A stretch of DNA of 64,000 nucleotides from Candidatus Latescibacterota bacterium (GTDB lineage Bacteria; Latescibacterota; UBA2968): positions 851,076 to 915,075 of the forward strand of contig OZ220741.1 in NCBI GenBank assembly GCA_965116885.1. Direction: 5' to 3'. The notes beneath the pieces were generated by a model that was not told where the DNA came from, did no database searches, and was given only the letters and a program-made list of their open reading frames with translations. The position numbers and the translations under genes are program-made. Positions within the stretch are counted from its first letter, which is position 1. Every line of letters starts with the position of its first letter. Shown here one piece after another: positions 43,373-53,851 of the stretch.

Positions 43373-45226
43373 ATGAGCCAGACACTCAAAGACTTATTGA
43401 ATGACAGTTTTGAACGGCATGCGGATCGCACGGCGGTTCGCGTATTGCGCCAGCCAGAGGAGCCTGGCGAAAGGCGATTGCAATATGTGCCGTTGACATA
43501 TATGCAATTGAAGGCACAGCGAGACCGATTGGCATCGGGCCTGGCGCAAATAGGATTGGAAAAAGGACAGCGCATCGGGCTATTGACCGATGGCGGTCTG
43601 GAATCTGTCCTGGTCTTTCTATCCTGTGATATGCTGGGATTATCCGCAGTGCCAATCTGCAACAAATTGCCCGATGATCTGCTGGTACACAGCATCAACC
43701 ACTCCGGCATTGCCTATTTGTTCACAGACGCGAGAAGTTTGGAACAGGTCGAGCGCGTGCGCGGGCAACTGAACAACCCGCCTCAGATCATCTTGACAGA
43801 AGGGCAGGGCGATAACGTCATCCCATTTTTTGAACTAAGTCAAAAAGGCGCGGAATCACCGCCCCCAGACATAGCAATAGAACCCGACGACGAATCGAAA
43901 ATCGTGTACACATCGGGATCATCGGGATTGCCCAAAGGCGTGGTTCAAACCCATCGCAATCTCGTCGGCAATATCCTGTCCGTATGGGATACGATCAGCA
44001 ACCGAGACCCGGTCATCTTATTCAAATCCGCGCCCGACTATCACACCATGGGCATATTAAATATCTACTACCCCCTATCAAAAGGCTGGACATTAGACCT
44101 GGCGCGGTCACCGGATCGCGTACTCGTAGATATCCGATATTCGGAACCCCATGGATTTTTAACAGTTCCCCTAATTTTAGACAAAGTATTTGGCAACGTG
44201 CGAAAAGAAATCGAGGCAGGTGGTGCAAAAGGCGCATTGGTCGCCCGGTCAGTACGCGCCAAACAGCGCGTCGCACGCGGTGAAGCGTCAGTCATTGACC
44301 ACCTCGTCAATGCCACACTGGGCAAAAAGGTCGTCGGACAAATCAAAGAAAAGCTCTCGCAGCGCGTGGGCAGCCATCTCGAATTGTTAATCGTCGGCTC
44401 GGCAAAAGCCGACCCCGAAGCCCTCGACTTTTTCCAGGACGTACTGGACATCACCTCGCTCGAAGGCTATGGCGTCACCGAATGCAGCCCCCTGATCGCG
44501 GCAAATGTCCTGAACGGACAAAAAACAGGCACCGTTGGACAGCCATTACAAGAAGTAAAAATCATCGCCGAAACAGGCGAGGAAATCGCTCACGGTGATC
44601 CAAAAACAGGAACCTATAGCGGCAGCGGCGATGGCATTGGCGAATTGTGGGTACACGGCAACCACGTCATGACGGGGTACCTCAACGACCCCGAACGCAC
44701 CGCCGAAGTACTCGTAACCGATGAAGACGGCAAAGTGTGGTATCGCACAGGTGATGTGTTCAGCATGGACGACGAGGGATTTTTGACATTCCAGGGGCGC
44801 GTTGGACGGCAATTTAAATTGAGCAACGGCGAATTTGTCAACCCCGAACGTCTCGAACGCATATTCGCGCGCGCATCGCTCATCGAACACGTCTTAATCT
44901 GCGGCGACCAGACCCGCACCTTTCCCCTACCCGTCGTCACCGTAAATGTAGAAGAAGCGCAGTTGCAAACAGACATTCCCGACCTGCCTGCAGATGAGGA
45001 AGCCCTGTGTAGCCATCCCGCAATAGCCGAACGCATTCGCGAGCAATTATTAAAAGAAGCCACGGCATCTGGCCTTCCCGCACACGAGCGCCCGCAAAAA
45101 GTACTGATCTTGCCAGACCAGTTGAGCGAAGAAACGGGAACCCTCACGCGGGGATTGAAAAAGGTCGTACCCGGTAGAATAGAAGAAATTTACGCAAACG
45201 AAATCGCCGCAGCGTATGATGGATAA
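43373..45226 (+). CDS. AMP-dependent synthetase/ligase (long-chain acyl-CoA synthetase-like)
   Basis: IVYTSGSSGLPKGV (AMP-binding motif), YRTGD, GRVGRQFKLSNGEFV. GGAGG RBS before ATG 43373. Confidence 0.85.
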   Translation: MSQTLKDLLNDSFERHADRTAVRVLRQPEEPGERRLQYVPLTYMQLKAQRDRLASGLAQIGLEKGQRIGLLTDGGLESVLVFLSCDMLGLSAVPICNKLPDDLLVHSINHSGIAYLFTDARSLEQVERVRGQLNNPPQIILTEGQGDNVIPFFELSQKGAESPPPDIAIEPDDESKIVYTSGSSGLPKGVVQTHRNLVGNILSVWDTISNRDPVILFKSAPDYHTMGILNIYYPLSKGWTLDLARSPDRVLVDIRYSEPHGFLTVPLILDKVFGNVRKEIEAGGAKGALVARSVRAKQRVARGEASVIDHLVNATLGKKVVGQIKEKLSQRVGSHLELLIVGSAKADPEALDFFQDVLDITSLEGYGVTECSPLIAANVLNGQKTGTVGQPLQEVKIIAETGEEIAHGDPKTGTYSGSGDGIGELWVHGNHVMTGYLNDPERTAEVLVTDEDGKVWYRTGDVFSMDDEGFLTFQGRVGRQFKLSNGEFVNPERLERIFARASLIEHVLICGDQTRTFPLPVVTVNVEEAQLQTDIPDLPADEEALCSHPAIAERIREQLLKEATASGLPAHERPQKVLILPDQLSEETGTLTRGLKKVVPGRIEEIYANEIAAAYDG

Positions 45227-45231
45227 TTCCC

Positions 45232-46263
45232 ATGCCAATTTTAAACCCCGATAAACTGCGGCGCATTGGCCGCGAAGTCTTCGAACGCATAGGCGCAACA
45301 CCCGAAGAAGCCCAAATTGTGGCCGATCTGCTCGTAGCCTCCAATCTCGCGGGACACGACTCGCACGGCGTCGTCCGCATACCGCAATACGTATCCGGCG
45401 TTCAAAGCGGTCAAATACAGCTCGGAACAACCGTGGAAATCGAACGGGAAACCGATGCAACAGCCGTCGTAAACGGACACTGGGGATTTGGGCATGTAAC
45501 CGCAACAGAAGCCATGCACATCGCCATCCAAAAAGCCCAAAAAAGTGCTGTCGGCATCGCAACAGTACACCAGTGCAACCACATCGGGCGATTGGGTGGC
45601 TATCCCGTACTCGCCGCGGCTGAAAACATGGTCGGACTGATGAGCAACAACGGCCACGGCGCCGACCTCTCAATGGCACCCTGGGGAGGACTGGGACGCA
45701 TCTTGCCCGCAAATTGTCTCGCCGTTGCATTCCCTTCGGACCGCGACTTCCCCATATCACTGGACTTAACCGCCGCAACTGCGGCAGGTGGCAAAATGCG
45801 GGTCGCACTGGCACGGGGCGAGCGCGTACCCGAAAATTGGCTCATCGACGCCGAAGGCAACCCCACAACGGATCCCGCCGACTACGTACACGGCAACGCC
45901 GCACTAACCCCCTTTGGCGACCACAAAGGCTATGGCCTATCATTCATCTTCGACATCTTATCCGGCGCCCTATCGCCCGCCGGTTGCACCCGCGAAAATT
46001 CACCCGTAACGGGCAACGCCCTATTTGTACAGGCCATTCGCATTGACGCGTTCCAGCCCATCTCCGATTTTAAGACCGAAATCGGGCGATTTATCGACTA
46101 CGTAAAATCGGCAAAAACCGCACCGGGATTCGACGAAATACTCGTGCCCGGCGAACGCTCCTATCGCACGGGTTGTGAACGCGAGGCAAATGGGGTCCCC
46201 ATAGAAGACACAACCTGGGAACAAATTTGCGAAACCGCAAAAAAATTCGATGTAAAAGTTTAG
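45232..46263 (+). CDS. Ldh_2 (malate/L-lactate/ureidoglycolate dehydrogenase type-2) family oxidoreductase
   Basis: AGHDSHGVVRIPQYV and FGDHKGYGLS are typical of the family. Confidence 0.8.
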   Translation: MPILNPDKLRRIGREVFERIGATPEEAQIVADLLVASNLAGHDSHGVVRIPQYVSGVQSGQIQLGTTVEIERETDATAVVNGHWGFGHVTATEAMHIAIQKAQKSAVGIATVHQCNHIGRLGGYPVLAAAENMVGLMSNNGHGADLSMAPWGGLGRILPANCLAVAFPSDRDFPISLDLTAATAAGGKMRVALARGERVPENWLIDAEGNPTTDPADYVHGNAALTPFGDHKGYGLSFIFDILSGALSPAGCTRENSPVTGNALFVQAIRIDAFQPISDFKTEIGRFIDYVKSAKTAPGFDEILVPGERSYRTGCEREANGVPIEDTTWEQICETAKKFDVKV

Positions 46264-46281
46264 CCACCGCCTCAAACAAAA

Positions 46282-46315
46282 ACCCGCCCCCTATTTTTCA
46301 GGGAGCGGGTTTTTT
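46282..46315. terminator. Bidirectional intrinsic terminator
   Basis: aaaaACCCGCcccctatttttcagggaGCGGGTttttt between convergent genes. Confidence 0.65.
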
Positions 46316-46326
46316 GTTAAACCGCG

Positions 46327-47724
46327 TTATTCTTTTGCTTCAGGCGGATCAGGCGGTTCGGGTGGCGTAGGCGTTTCTGGCGCATCGATCTCTTCATCTG
46401 GATACAACCTCAGACTGCCCCGGCCGAGTTCAATCGCAACCTTGGAACCGCCGCCATTGAGTTGACCCGTCACCACCTGTGAGGTACGCGACACGCCGGT
46501 AATAGACAGAGGCAGGTCGGTCTGGATACTTCCGCGCCCGACATAACCGTGTACATCAACTGCCGAACCATCGGGAATGATGAGATCAACCGCGCCATCT
46601 CTATTTTGAATCGCGTAGTCATCGCCAATGGGTTTGTGTGGACGCACCGCAATATTGCTGCCGCGGCTTTGTATAATGACACCCGCCTCGGGATTTTCAA
46701 TTTCGATAGCTCCCCGGTTGGCCTGTACAGTAGTTGCACCGGCAATATTTTTCAGGCGCGTTGCACCGCGATTATTTTTTACATCCACACGTCCCCCAAC
46801 CCGACCGACGTTAATTGAACCGCGGTTATTGTTTGCAATAAAATCGCCACCAGCATGTTGCACCGCGATATCGCCGCGGTTCTGTTTGACCCTTATATTG
46901 CCCGACGCACCTTCAAAAATCGTTTTACCGCGGTTATTATTGAGGGTTGCTGCACCATCAATTTTGGGAAGCGTAATATTGCCGTGCCTTGCTCGCACAT
47001 CGAGATCAACTTTTTCGGGATGATGCAACTCAAAGTCGATCCGCACAGATCGAATCGAATCGCCTTTTTTGCGTTTGGGCACATTGGGTCGTATCTGCAC
47101 AGCACTGGATTCCCGCCGGATTTGAATATCAATCTGCTCGGCAAAAGCCTGCACCGCTTCTTCATCAGTTCCCCAAACCGAGATTTTTGCGTCAACCTGA
47201 ACCTCATCGCGATCCCAAATTTTTGAAGTAACATGGCCTTTTGGCGTCCGTACGGATAGACGATCAGATACCTGGATCGGCGTTGTCTCAACAAATTGTC
47301 GAACCGCTTTTTCGGGATGCTTTCTATCGCTATCTTCCACCCATTGTGAAACGGCTTCAGACGCTGTTTGCATCGCTTCCTGAACAATCTCACCCACATC
47401 GGGCATTGAGCGCGTAGCTTCGCGCACGATGCGATTGACATCGGGCATCGCCTCGCGCACCGCGCGTCTGGCTCTGGGCATCGCCTCGCGCAGGGTCTCT
47501 TGTGCTTCGCGAATGCGTTCTTGCACCTCAACCTGAATATCCGCACCGCCACTGCGTCGTCGTCGCCGCTGGCGCTGACGACTTCCATTGCGTCTGCGCT
47601 GGCGACCTTCACCTCGCGGTTCTTCTGCAGTATCCCCGAGCGCATCGAGTAATTTCACGGCATCTTCTGCCGTTATTTTTCCATCTTGAATCATCTCGAG
47701 AACCTTCATGCGTTCTTCTTTCAC
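46327..47724 (-). CDS. DUF4097-type beta-repeat protein with N-terminal SHOCT-like motif (YvlB/LiaX-like)
   Basis: N-terminal KVLEMIQDGKITAEDAVKLLDAL, then an Arg-rich linker and a repetitive C-terminal NNRG.I motif (NNRGKT, QNRGDI, NNRGSI, NNRGAT, ANRGAI). Confidence 0.65.
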   Translation of the reverse strand: MKEERMKVLEMIQDGKITAEDAVKLLDALGDTAEEPRGEGRQRRRNGSRQRQRRRRRSGGADIQVEVQERIREAQETLREAMPRARRAVREAMPDVNRIVREATRSMPDVGEIVQEAMQTASEAVSQWVEDSDRKHPEKAVRQFVETTPIQVSDRLSVRTPKGHVTSKIWDRDEVQVDAKISVWGTDEEAVQAFAEQIDIQIRRESSAVQIRPNVPKRKKGDSIRSVRIDFELHHPEKVDLDVRARHGNITLPKIDGAATLNNNRGKTIFEGASGNIRVKQNRGDIAVQHAGGDFIANNNRGSINVGRVGGRVDVKNNRGATRLKNIAGATTVQANRGAIEIENPEAGVIIQSRGSNIAVRPHKPIGDDYAIQNRDGAVDLIIPDGSAVDVHGYVGRGSIQTDLPLSITGVSRTSQVVTGQLNGGGSKVAIELGRGSLRLYPDEEIDAPETPTPPEPPDPPEAKE

Positions 47725-47739
47725 AATATACTCCTTTCT

Positions 47740-48168
47740 TTATTTTTTATTCATCCTTCTAAGTTCTTCCGCTGCATCCTCCACCGTAATCTCACCGGAT
47801 TCGAGACGGTCGAGAACCTCTTGCTGGGACGCAGCGGACAAATCTTCCACCTCGGGATGTGTCCCCGTTGCAAAACCGAGTTCTGCAATCACATCGTCGA
47901 GATGGTTGCGAATCGTGCTATAGGGCACGCGGAGTTCGCGCGTCATCTCTTTGACATTGCCGCGCAATCGGACAAATGTCTCGACAAAAGCCAGATTTTC
48001 GGGCGATAGACGGTTAAAAATTGTGGGCTGAAACTCTCCAATAACCTCACATTCACATCGCGTACAGCGAATGCGGGTGACAATCACATCATTCTGGCAG
48101 GCTGGGCATTTCTCAATAATTTTACGCATATTGATCCTTTTTTTCACTTTAGACACCATTTTAGACAA
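47740..48168 (-). CDS. DUF2089-like zinc-ribbon/HTH protein
   Basis: CPACQNDVIVTRIRCTRCECEV (zinc ribbon), then LSPENLAFVETFVRLRGNVKEMTRELRVPYSTIRNHL (HTH), then C-terminal EITVEDAAEELRRM. Confidence 0.65.
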   Translation of the reverse strand: MSKMVSKVKKRINMRKIIEKCPACQNDVIVTRIRCTRCECEVIGEFQPTIFNRLSPENLAFVETFVRLRGNVKEMTRELRVPYSTIRNHLDDVIAELGFATGTHPEVEDLSAASQQEVLDRLESGEITVEDAAEELRRMNKK

Positions 48169-48381
48169 AAAATTTCATTAAAATATAAAATATTTCACAA
48201 TAAATGCAATTTATTTTTTACAACTATTGGTCTTTTAAATAAATTTGACTACGTTTTTATATTTATCTGACAGACTGGATTAAGGCAATAAACTGATTTG
48301 AAGGACCAAAACCTTCTCATTTGACTTTTTCTAATAATTTCTTTCCTTGTTATACCCCTTCACCCCAAAACGAGGCACCCA

Positions 48382-50973
48382 ATGACACGCCTACTAATCG
48401 TCCTCATCGCATTGATCGGCCTGGGCACACCGGCTCATTCTCGCGTTGACATCAGCTATTACCTGCCCGAAAGCACGACCTACGACCCCAACATCCCCAC
48501 ACCCGAAGCCTTTTTCGGATTTCAGATTGGCGATTGGCACCTGCGGCACGACCTCATCGTAAACTACATGCACACATTGTCCGAACGCTCTGACCGCATA
48601 GTCCTCACGCAATATGCCCAAACACACCAGCAACGCCCCCTATTATTACTCACCATCACATCCCCACAAAATCACCAGAACCTCGAAACCATCCAGATAC
48701 AACACCGGCAACTCACAAACCCGGACCAGTCGCCCGCGCTCAACATCAACACAATGCCCGTGGTCGTGTACATGGGATATAGCATCCATGGCAATGAACC
48801 CAGCGGCGGCAACGCCGCACCATTAATTGCATATCATCTGGCGGCGGCGCAAGGTCCCGCCATAGACAACCTCCTCGCCAACGCCGTCATCTTGCTCGAT
48901 CCCGTATCCAATCCCGACGGCTTTAGTCGCTTTGCACACTGGGCAAACATGTACCGCAGCAAACAACTCGTTGCCGATCCCGAGCACCGGGAACATCGAG
49001 AAATCTGGCCGAGCGGACGCACCAACCACTACTGGTTTGACCTCAACCGCGACTGGGTATTTATCCAGCATCCCGAAAGCCGGGGGCGAATCGAGACATT
49101 CCACGCCTGGAAACCCAATATGCTCACCGACCACCATGAAATGAGCACCAATTCCACTTACTTTTTTCAACCGGGCATACCCTCGCGCAACAATCCCCTC
49201 ACGCCAGCACGCACTTATGAACTCACCGCTGCAATCGCCAAACGCAACGTCAGCGCGCTCGATAAAATCGGCACACTATATTACACACGGGAGTCATTCG
49301 ACGATTTTTACATCGGCAAAGGATCGACCTATCCCGATCTCAACGGCGGCGTGGGCCTTCTCTTTGAGCAAGCCAGCGCACGCGGACTGATGCAAGAAAG
49401 CATTCACGGACCCATCTCATTTCCCTTTGCCATACGCAATCAGATAAGAACTGCCCTATCAGCACTCCAGGCAGCCCAGGAACTGCGCACCGAACTGCTA
49501 TCGCATCAGCGCGATTTTTACATCTCTGCATCCCAGGACGCCGCAAGTGCCGCCATCAAAGCTTATGTTGTTGGCGATCCGGATGACATGGCGCGCACCC
49601 ATCATTTTCTCGACATCCTCCAGCAGCACCACATACAGATCTACGACCTCGCGCGTCCCCTGCGCGTCGGCGGTCAGACCTTCCAGCCCGGCTCGGCCTA
49701 TATCATTCCCACCGCGCAACCGCAATACCGTCTGCTCACCAGCCTATTTGAGCGCCGCACCACCTTTCGCGACAGCTTATTCTACGATGTCTCAGCCTGG
49801 ACATTACCCCTATCATTTAACATGCCCCTATTAGAAATCAAGTCGTCATCCCAGGAATTTATCGGCGACCTCTTGCCACCGTCCAAATTTCCTCGAGGCC
49901 GTCTGTCTGTCTCCAATCCGGAGATCAATACTTATGCGTACCTTTTTGAGTGGAACGGACATTATGCACCTCGCGCACTCTACCGCCTGCAAAAAGCCGG
50001 TATAAAAGCCAAAGTGGCCTCGCGACAGCTTAGCATGCGTATTTCCTCAGACTCGGAGAATGAGCGCTTATTTGACTACGGCACCATACTCATCCCCATG
50101 GGCATACAAAAAAACGATCCGCAGACGATTCGAAACCTCATGCAAACAATCGCACGCGAAGATGCTCTCAACGTATTTGCCGTCTCCACCGGACAGACCG
50201 ACAGCGGTATTGACCTGGGCAGCCCGGGGTTTGTCCCCCTCGAAACACCTCAAATAGCCCTTTTAATTGGCAAAGGCGCCGATGTCTATAACGCCGGTGA
50301 AGTGTGGCATTTGTTAGACCAGCGCTACAATATGGCGATCAGCCTCATAGACGCCAGCCATGTGCGCGATATAGACCTCAATCGCTATAATACAGTAATC
50401 GCAGCAGGCGGATCGTATAGCGACCTCGACTCTACAAGTGTCAACGCCTTAAAACAGTGGCTACGTCAGGGCAATACACTCATAGCACTCAACAGTGCGG
50501 TTCGCTGGGCCATCAATACCAAACTCGCCAGTGCCCAATTCGTCGGGCGAAATCGAGAAAATTACAGTGAACGCAAAGCTTATATCAATGCACCCAGCGA
50601 TCGGGGAGCGCAAATCATTGGCGGTGCTATCTTTCGGGTTCACCTGGATCGCACCCATCCCCTCGCCTATGGGTATCGCGATGACAGCCTGCCAGTCTTT
50701 CGGCGCGGCACACTCTTTATCAAACCAGTAAACCCCTATGCCACCCCTTTGCAATACACCAAACAGCCCTTGCTCGCAGGTTATATCTCTGAACAAAACC
50801 ACAATTACATCGCCGAATCCGCATCCACTCTCGTCGCCAAACAGGGCTATGGCCGCGTCATACTCATGCTCGACAACCCCACCTTCCGCGCCTATTGGTA
50901 CGGTACTCAAAAACTCCTCGCCAACGCCCTCTTTTTCGGTCCCACCATCCGTCTTAGCACATTGGACGAGTAA
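48382..50973 (+). CDS. M14-family zinc carboxypeptidase-like protein, secreted
   Basis: Signal peptide. YMGYSIHGNEPSGGNA contains the HxxE zinc motif. 863 aa. Confidence 0.75.
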   Translation: MTRLLIVLIALIGLGTPAHSRVDISYYLPESTTYDPNIPTPEAFFGFQIGDWHLRHDLIVNYMHTLSERSDRIVLTQYAQTHQQRPLLLLTITSPQNHQNLETIQIQHRQLTNPDQSPALNINTMPVVVYMGYSIHGNEPSGGNAAPLIAYHLAAAQGPAIDNLLANAVILLDPVSNPDGFSRFAHWANMYRSKQLVADPEHREHREIWPSGRTNHYWFDLNRDWVFIQHPESRGRIETFHAWKPNMLTDHHEMSTNSTYFFQPGIPSRNNPLTPARTYELTAAIAKRNVSALDKIGTLYYTRESFDDFYIGKGSTYPDLNGGVGLLFEQASARGLMQESIHGPISFPFAIRNQIRTALSALQAAQELRTELLSHQRDFYISASQDAASAAIKAYVVGDPDDMARTHHFLDILQQHHIQIYDLARPLRVGGQTFQPGSAYIIPTAQPQYRLLTSLFERRTTFRDSLFYDVSAWTLPLSFNMPLLEIKSSSQEFIGDLLPPSKFPRGRLSVSNPEINTYAYLFEWNGHYAPRALYRLQKAGIKAKVASRQLSMRISSDSENERLFDYGTILIPMGIQKNDPQTIRNLMQTIAREDALNVFAVSTGQTDSGIDLGSPGFVPLETPQIALLIGKGADVYNAGEVWHLLDQRYNMAISLIDASHVRDIDLNRYNTVIAAGGSYSDLDSTSVNALKQWLRQGNTLIALNSAVRWAINTKLASAQFVGRNRENYSERKAYINAPSDRGAQIIGGAIFRVHLDRTHPLAYGYRDDSLPVFRRGTLFIKPVNPYATPLQYTKQPLLAGYISEQNHNYIAESASTLVAKQGYGRVILMLDNPTFRAYWYGTQKLLANALFFGPTIRLSTLDE

Positions 50974-50985
50974 CAGGCGCATATC

Positions 50986-51012
50986 AGGACAACCACAGAG
51001 GGTTGTCCCTAC
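50986..51012. repeat. REP-like element (divergent subfamily B copy)
   Basis: aggacaaccacagagggttgtccctac. Confidence 0.55.
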
Positions 51013-51031
51013 AACAAACCACAATATCATC

Positions 51032-51057
51032 GTAGGGGACGGCCCCTGTGCCGTCCC
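51032..51057. repeat. REP element, subfamily B
   Basis: gtaggggacggcccctgtgccgtccc. Confidence 0.9.
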
Positions 51058-51077
51058 GGTATTCAGCCCAAAACAAA

Positions 51078-51110
51078 AGAGCACTGATTCTGAGAACCAG
51101 TGCTCTTTTT
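51078..51110. terminator. Intrinsic terminator between convergent genes
   Basis: AGAGCACTGattctgagaacCAGTGCTCTttttatt. Confidence 0.7.
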
Positions 51111-51135
51111 ATTATTCGCATCAGGGCTTTTGTTT

Positions 51136-51906
51136 TCACCGTTGAATATCGTGACGCGTGGCATCTTTGGGCACGGGCAAAACAAAATCCTCGTCGGACA
51201 AGCCCGCATTGACGACGCGCGATTTGATCTGTATGAGCATCACATCCTCACCCTGCCGAATCTCGATACGACGGGGCAGTGCAAAGCCGCCATCCATGCG
51301 ATAATCAGACAGCATGCGTGCCGATACGAGTTGTCCATCGCCGTTATAAACCCTCTCCTCGCGCAAAAAACCCGTACGCGCCTCAATCCAGAGACGACGC
51401 AAATAAAGATCGTATTGCAACTCCAAAAAAATATGTTCTTCCCCGGGTTCAAAACGCACCACGCGGGAGGCATCTATGGGAGAGAGATTGGGCAAACCGA
51501 GAATGGCGCGATCGTACGCATAATAGGACAAATCAACATCCGTGAGTACGTAGAGCACATCTTCGGGATTGCCCACGAGATAGCGATTCTCGCGGGGCAG
51601 ATGAACGTGCAGCGTATCGTTTTGGGCACGCGCGGCCATGACCACAGTGCCGAAACCCCCAACCACGAGTTTGAGATTCGAAGGAAAACGGTGGCGCACA
51701 AGCGCAGAAGCCCTGCGTTCGCGCACCCCATCAACAGTGAGATCAACGCTGGCGCGAACTTCTTGATTGTGCAAACTGTCGTAGCGGGTAGCGATGAGAT
51801 GGAAAAATTCGGTTGAAGAAGTAACAGGCGGCAAAAGAGCGGGGCGATTGGCGACGCAACCAGCGACCAGAAAGAGGAGAATAAGTAGGCATCTACGATT
51901 GTGCAT
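51136..51906 (-). CDS. Lipoprotein, possibly LolB/DUF4292-like
   Basis: Lipobox LVAGC. The size, and its position after a TPR lipoprotein, resemble DUF4292-type genes. The family call is weak. Confidence 0.4.
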   Translation of the reverse strand: MHNRRCLLILLFLVAGCVANRPALLPPVTSSTEFFHLIATRYDSLHNQEVRASVDLTVDGVRERRASALVRHRFPSNLKLVVGGFGTVVMAARAQNDTLHVHLPRENRYLVGNPEDVLYVLTDVDLSYYAYDRAILGLPNLSPIDASRVVRFEPGEEHIFLELQYDLYLRRLWIEARTGFLREERVYNGDGQLVSARMLSDYRMDGGFALPRRIEIRQGEDVMLIQIKSRVVNAGLSDEDFVLPVPKDATRHDIQR

Positions 51907-51909
51907 GGG

Positions 51910-51946
51910 TTCGTCTATTCGTCCATTCGTCCATTCGTCTATTCGG
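51910..51946. repeat. 8-nt tandem repeat (TTCGTCYA x4) filling the intergenic gap
   Basis: ttcgtcta ttcgtcca ttcgtcca ttcgtcta ttcgg, read directly. It overlaps the TPR gene stop (51939-51941). Confidence 0.85.
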
Positions 51947-53846
51947 AATAACTGGCGTCTTTGGAAAGATTTTTGAATTTTTCCCGCAGAGTCTGGTTAT
52001 CGGGATCAAATTCTATAGCGCGTTCATAATGGTGGCTTGCGCGGGAGAAATCGCCCATTTTGTGCGCTGTGTCTCCCGCGTGCTCGTGGATGACCGCGAG
52101 ATTTTCGCGCAGACCATCTACGATCGGGGAATTGGGATTGGTTTGGCGAAGGGTTTCTTCCTCTACGGTGAGTGCGCGGTCCAGCCAGCGCGCGGCATTT
52201 TCATACTGTTTGAGCTGATAATAGACCCAGCCGAGGCTATCGAGATAAGCACCATTCTCAGGGTCATTTTTCAGGGCGCGTTCAATTAACTTTTTCGCTT
52301 CAGTGAGGCGTTCACCGCGCTCGGCGAGCATATACCCCAAATAATTGCTGGCCTCTGCGTGATCCTGGTCCAGTGCCAAAAGACGTTGAAATATGGCGAC
52401 AGCGCGATCGAACTGTCCCGCCCGTTCAAGACTGCGCCCCAGATCAAAGAGCACATGCTCGAGAAATTCGGGATTGTCTTCCGTATCCGCGATAAGTGGC
52501 TCCAGCAGGGGAATGGCTTTTTCCCAGTTGCGATCAAAAAGATATGTGCGCGCCAGTTCGTAGCGAAAACCCGTGTGTTCTGGCCTCACGTCAACAGCCT
52601 GTTGATAGATATTGCGCGCACTGGCAATCTCGTCCTGCCGCAGATAAACGCGGGCGAGATCAAACGCGATTTGATCGTAATACTCGCTTTCAGAGCGCGT
52701 GTCTCGATGGAGTTTTTCCAAAATCTGTTGCGCGCTTGCCCAGTTTTCTTCAACTCTATAAGAACGGGCTATACCGAGATGATATTCGGTCTTTTCACCC
52801 TGCAAGTTGGCGTGGCGATAAGTTTTGCGCGCATCTGCCGTACGATTGACATCGAGCAACAGACCGGCTTTTGTGCCCAGCAGGGTCTGATTTTCGGGAT
52901 CGGTTTGCAACTGGTGATTGAGAACGCGTTCGGCCATATCGGCAAATAGCATTTTCTCGCCGTGATCGTGACGGCCCCGCACCATTCTGAGAAGCACATT
53001 GCCCAACCGATTGACCAGGTGGGTATCTGGTGGCATTTCTTCAAGAAGGCGATTTAGATAGTATTTGTGAGTATAAATATGTACTAATTGAACCCAGACT
53101 GGAACAGTCTGCTTGGTAACGTTATAATCTCGCCGCGCGACTATCCGCCGAAAATTTTGTTCGGCAGATAGTGTATCGCCCCGAGAGAGCTGTGTTATGC
53201 CCAGTTGAAAAAGGAGATCGTCATTATTGGGATCATCTTCGAGGATATCGCGATAAATTTGCGCTGCTTTGTCAAACGCGCGCAGCCGGTGGTAGTTCTC
53301 AGCGGCAAAGAGCTTTTCCTGCGCGCCCTGTCCTGGAATAGCGGCAATGCTGTCGAGCACCGTTATGATTTTACTGCGCTGCCCCCGGGCATTGTAAATT
53401 TGGAGAAGTTGATTATAAGCACTCAGGTCTCGCGGCGCGAGTCGCACAATAGTATTTAACTGGTCAATAGCTGTGGTAGTATCGCGCAAGCCCCGGCTGA
53501 GAGCGTGATAATAGAGCCAGCGGGTCTGCACATTTTTGGGATCAATTTGAATGGCTCGCCGTGCGGGTTCGACCGCATCTTGAAACCGCCGAACAGCATT
53601 GAGATTGCGAGCCAGTGCGTTGTAAAGCGTCGCAGAGGTCGAATCGTACTGCACAGCAGCTCGCAGTTCGGAAATAGCCTGATCGCGTTGGCCTGCGGCT
53701 TCTGCAAATCGCGCTCGTAAAAAGTGCGTAACTGCCTGGGGATGCGGGGGTGTTTTCTTTGGTACAGACCGCAAGCTAATTTGCGGTTGCTGCGCTGTTG
53801 TACAGCCGATGAGCAATGTAAGCAAACATAAGAATGTGTAACGCAT
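51939..53846 (-). CDS. TPR-repeat lipoprotein
   Basis: Lipobox LLIGC and numerous TPR-like A..Y..AL repeats. 635 aa. Confidence 0.75.
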   Translation of the reverse strand: MRYTFLCLLTLLIGCTTAQQPQISLRSVPKKTPPHPQAVTHFLRARFAEAAGQRDQAISELRAAVQYDSTSATLYNALARNLNAVRRFQDAVEPARRAIQIDPKNVQTRWLYYHALSRGLRDTTTAIDQLNTIVRLAPRDLSAYNQLLQIYNARGQRSKIITVLDSIAAIPGQGAQEKLFAAENYHRLRAFDKAAQIYRDILEDDPNNDDLLFQLGITQLSRGDTLSAEQNFRRIVARRDYNVTKQTVPVWVQLVHIYTHKYYLNRLLEEMPPDTHLVNRLGNVLLRMVRGRHDHGEKMLFADMAERVLNHQLQTDPENQTLLGTKAGLLLDVNRTADARKTYRHANLQGEKTEYHLGIARSYRVEENWASAQQILEKLHRDTRSESEYYDQIAFDLARVYLRQDEIASARNIYQQAVDVRPEHTGFRYELARTYLFDRNWEKAIPLLEPLIADTEDNPEFLEHVLFDLGRSLERAGQFDRAVAIFQRLLALDQDHAEASNYLGYMLAERGERLTEAKKLIERALKNDPENGAYLDSLGWVYYQLKQYENAARWLDRALTVEEETLRQTNPNSPIVDGLRENLAVIHEHAGDTAHKMGDFSRASHHYERAIEFDPDNQTLREKFKNLSKDASYSE

Positions 53847-53851
53847 GATCT

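Noticed and set aside
45050-45814. 254-aa minus-strand ORF overlapping the acyl-CoA ligase and Ldh_2 genes.
   Set aside because: It is an Arg/Cys-rich low-complexity shadow ORF spanning a gene junction, with no RBS or motifs.
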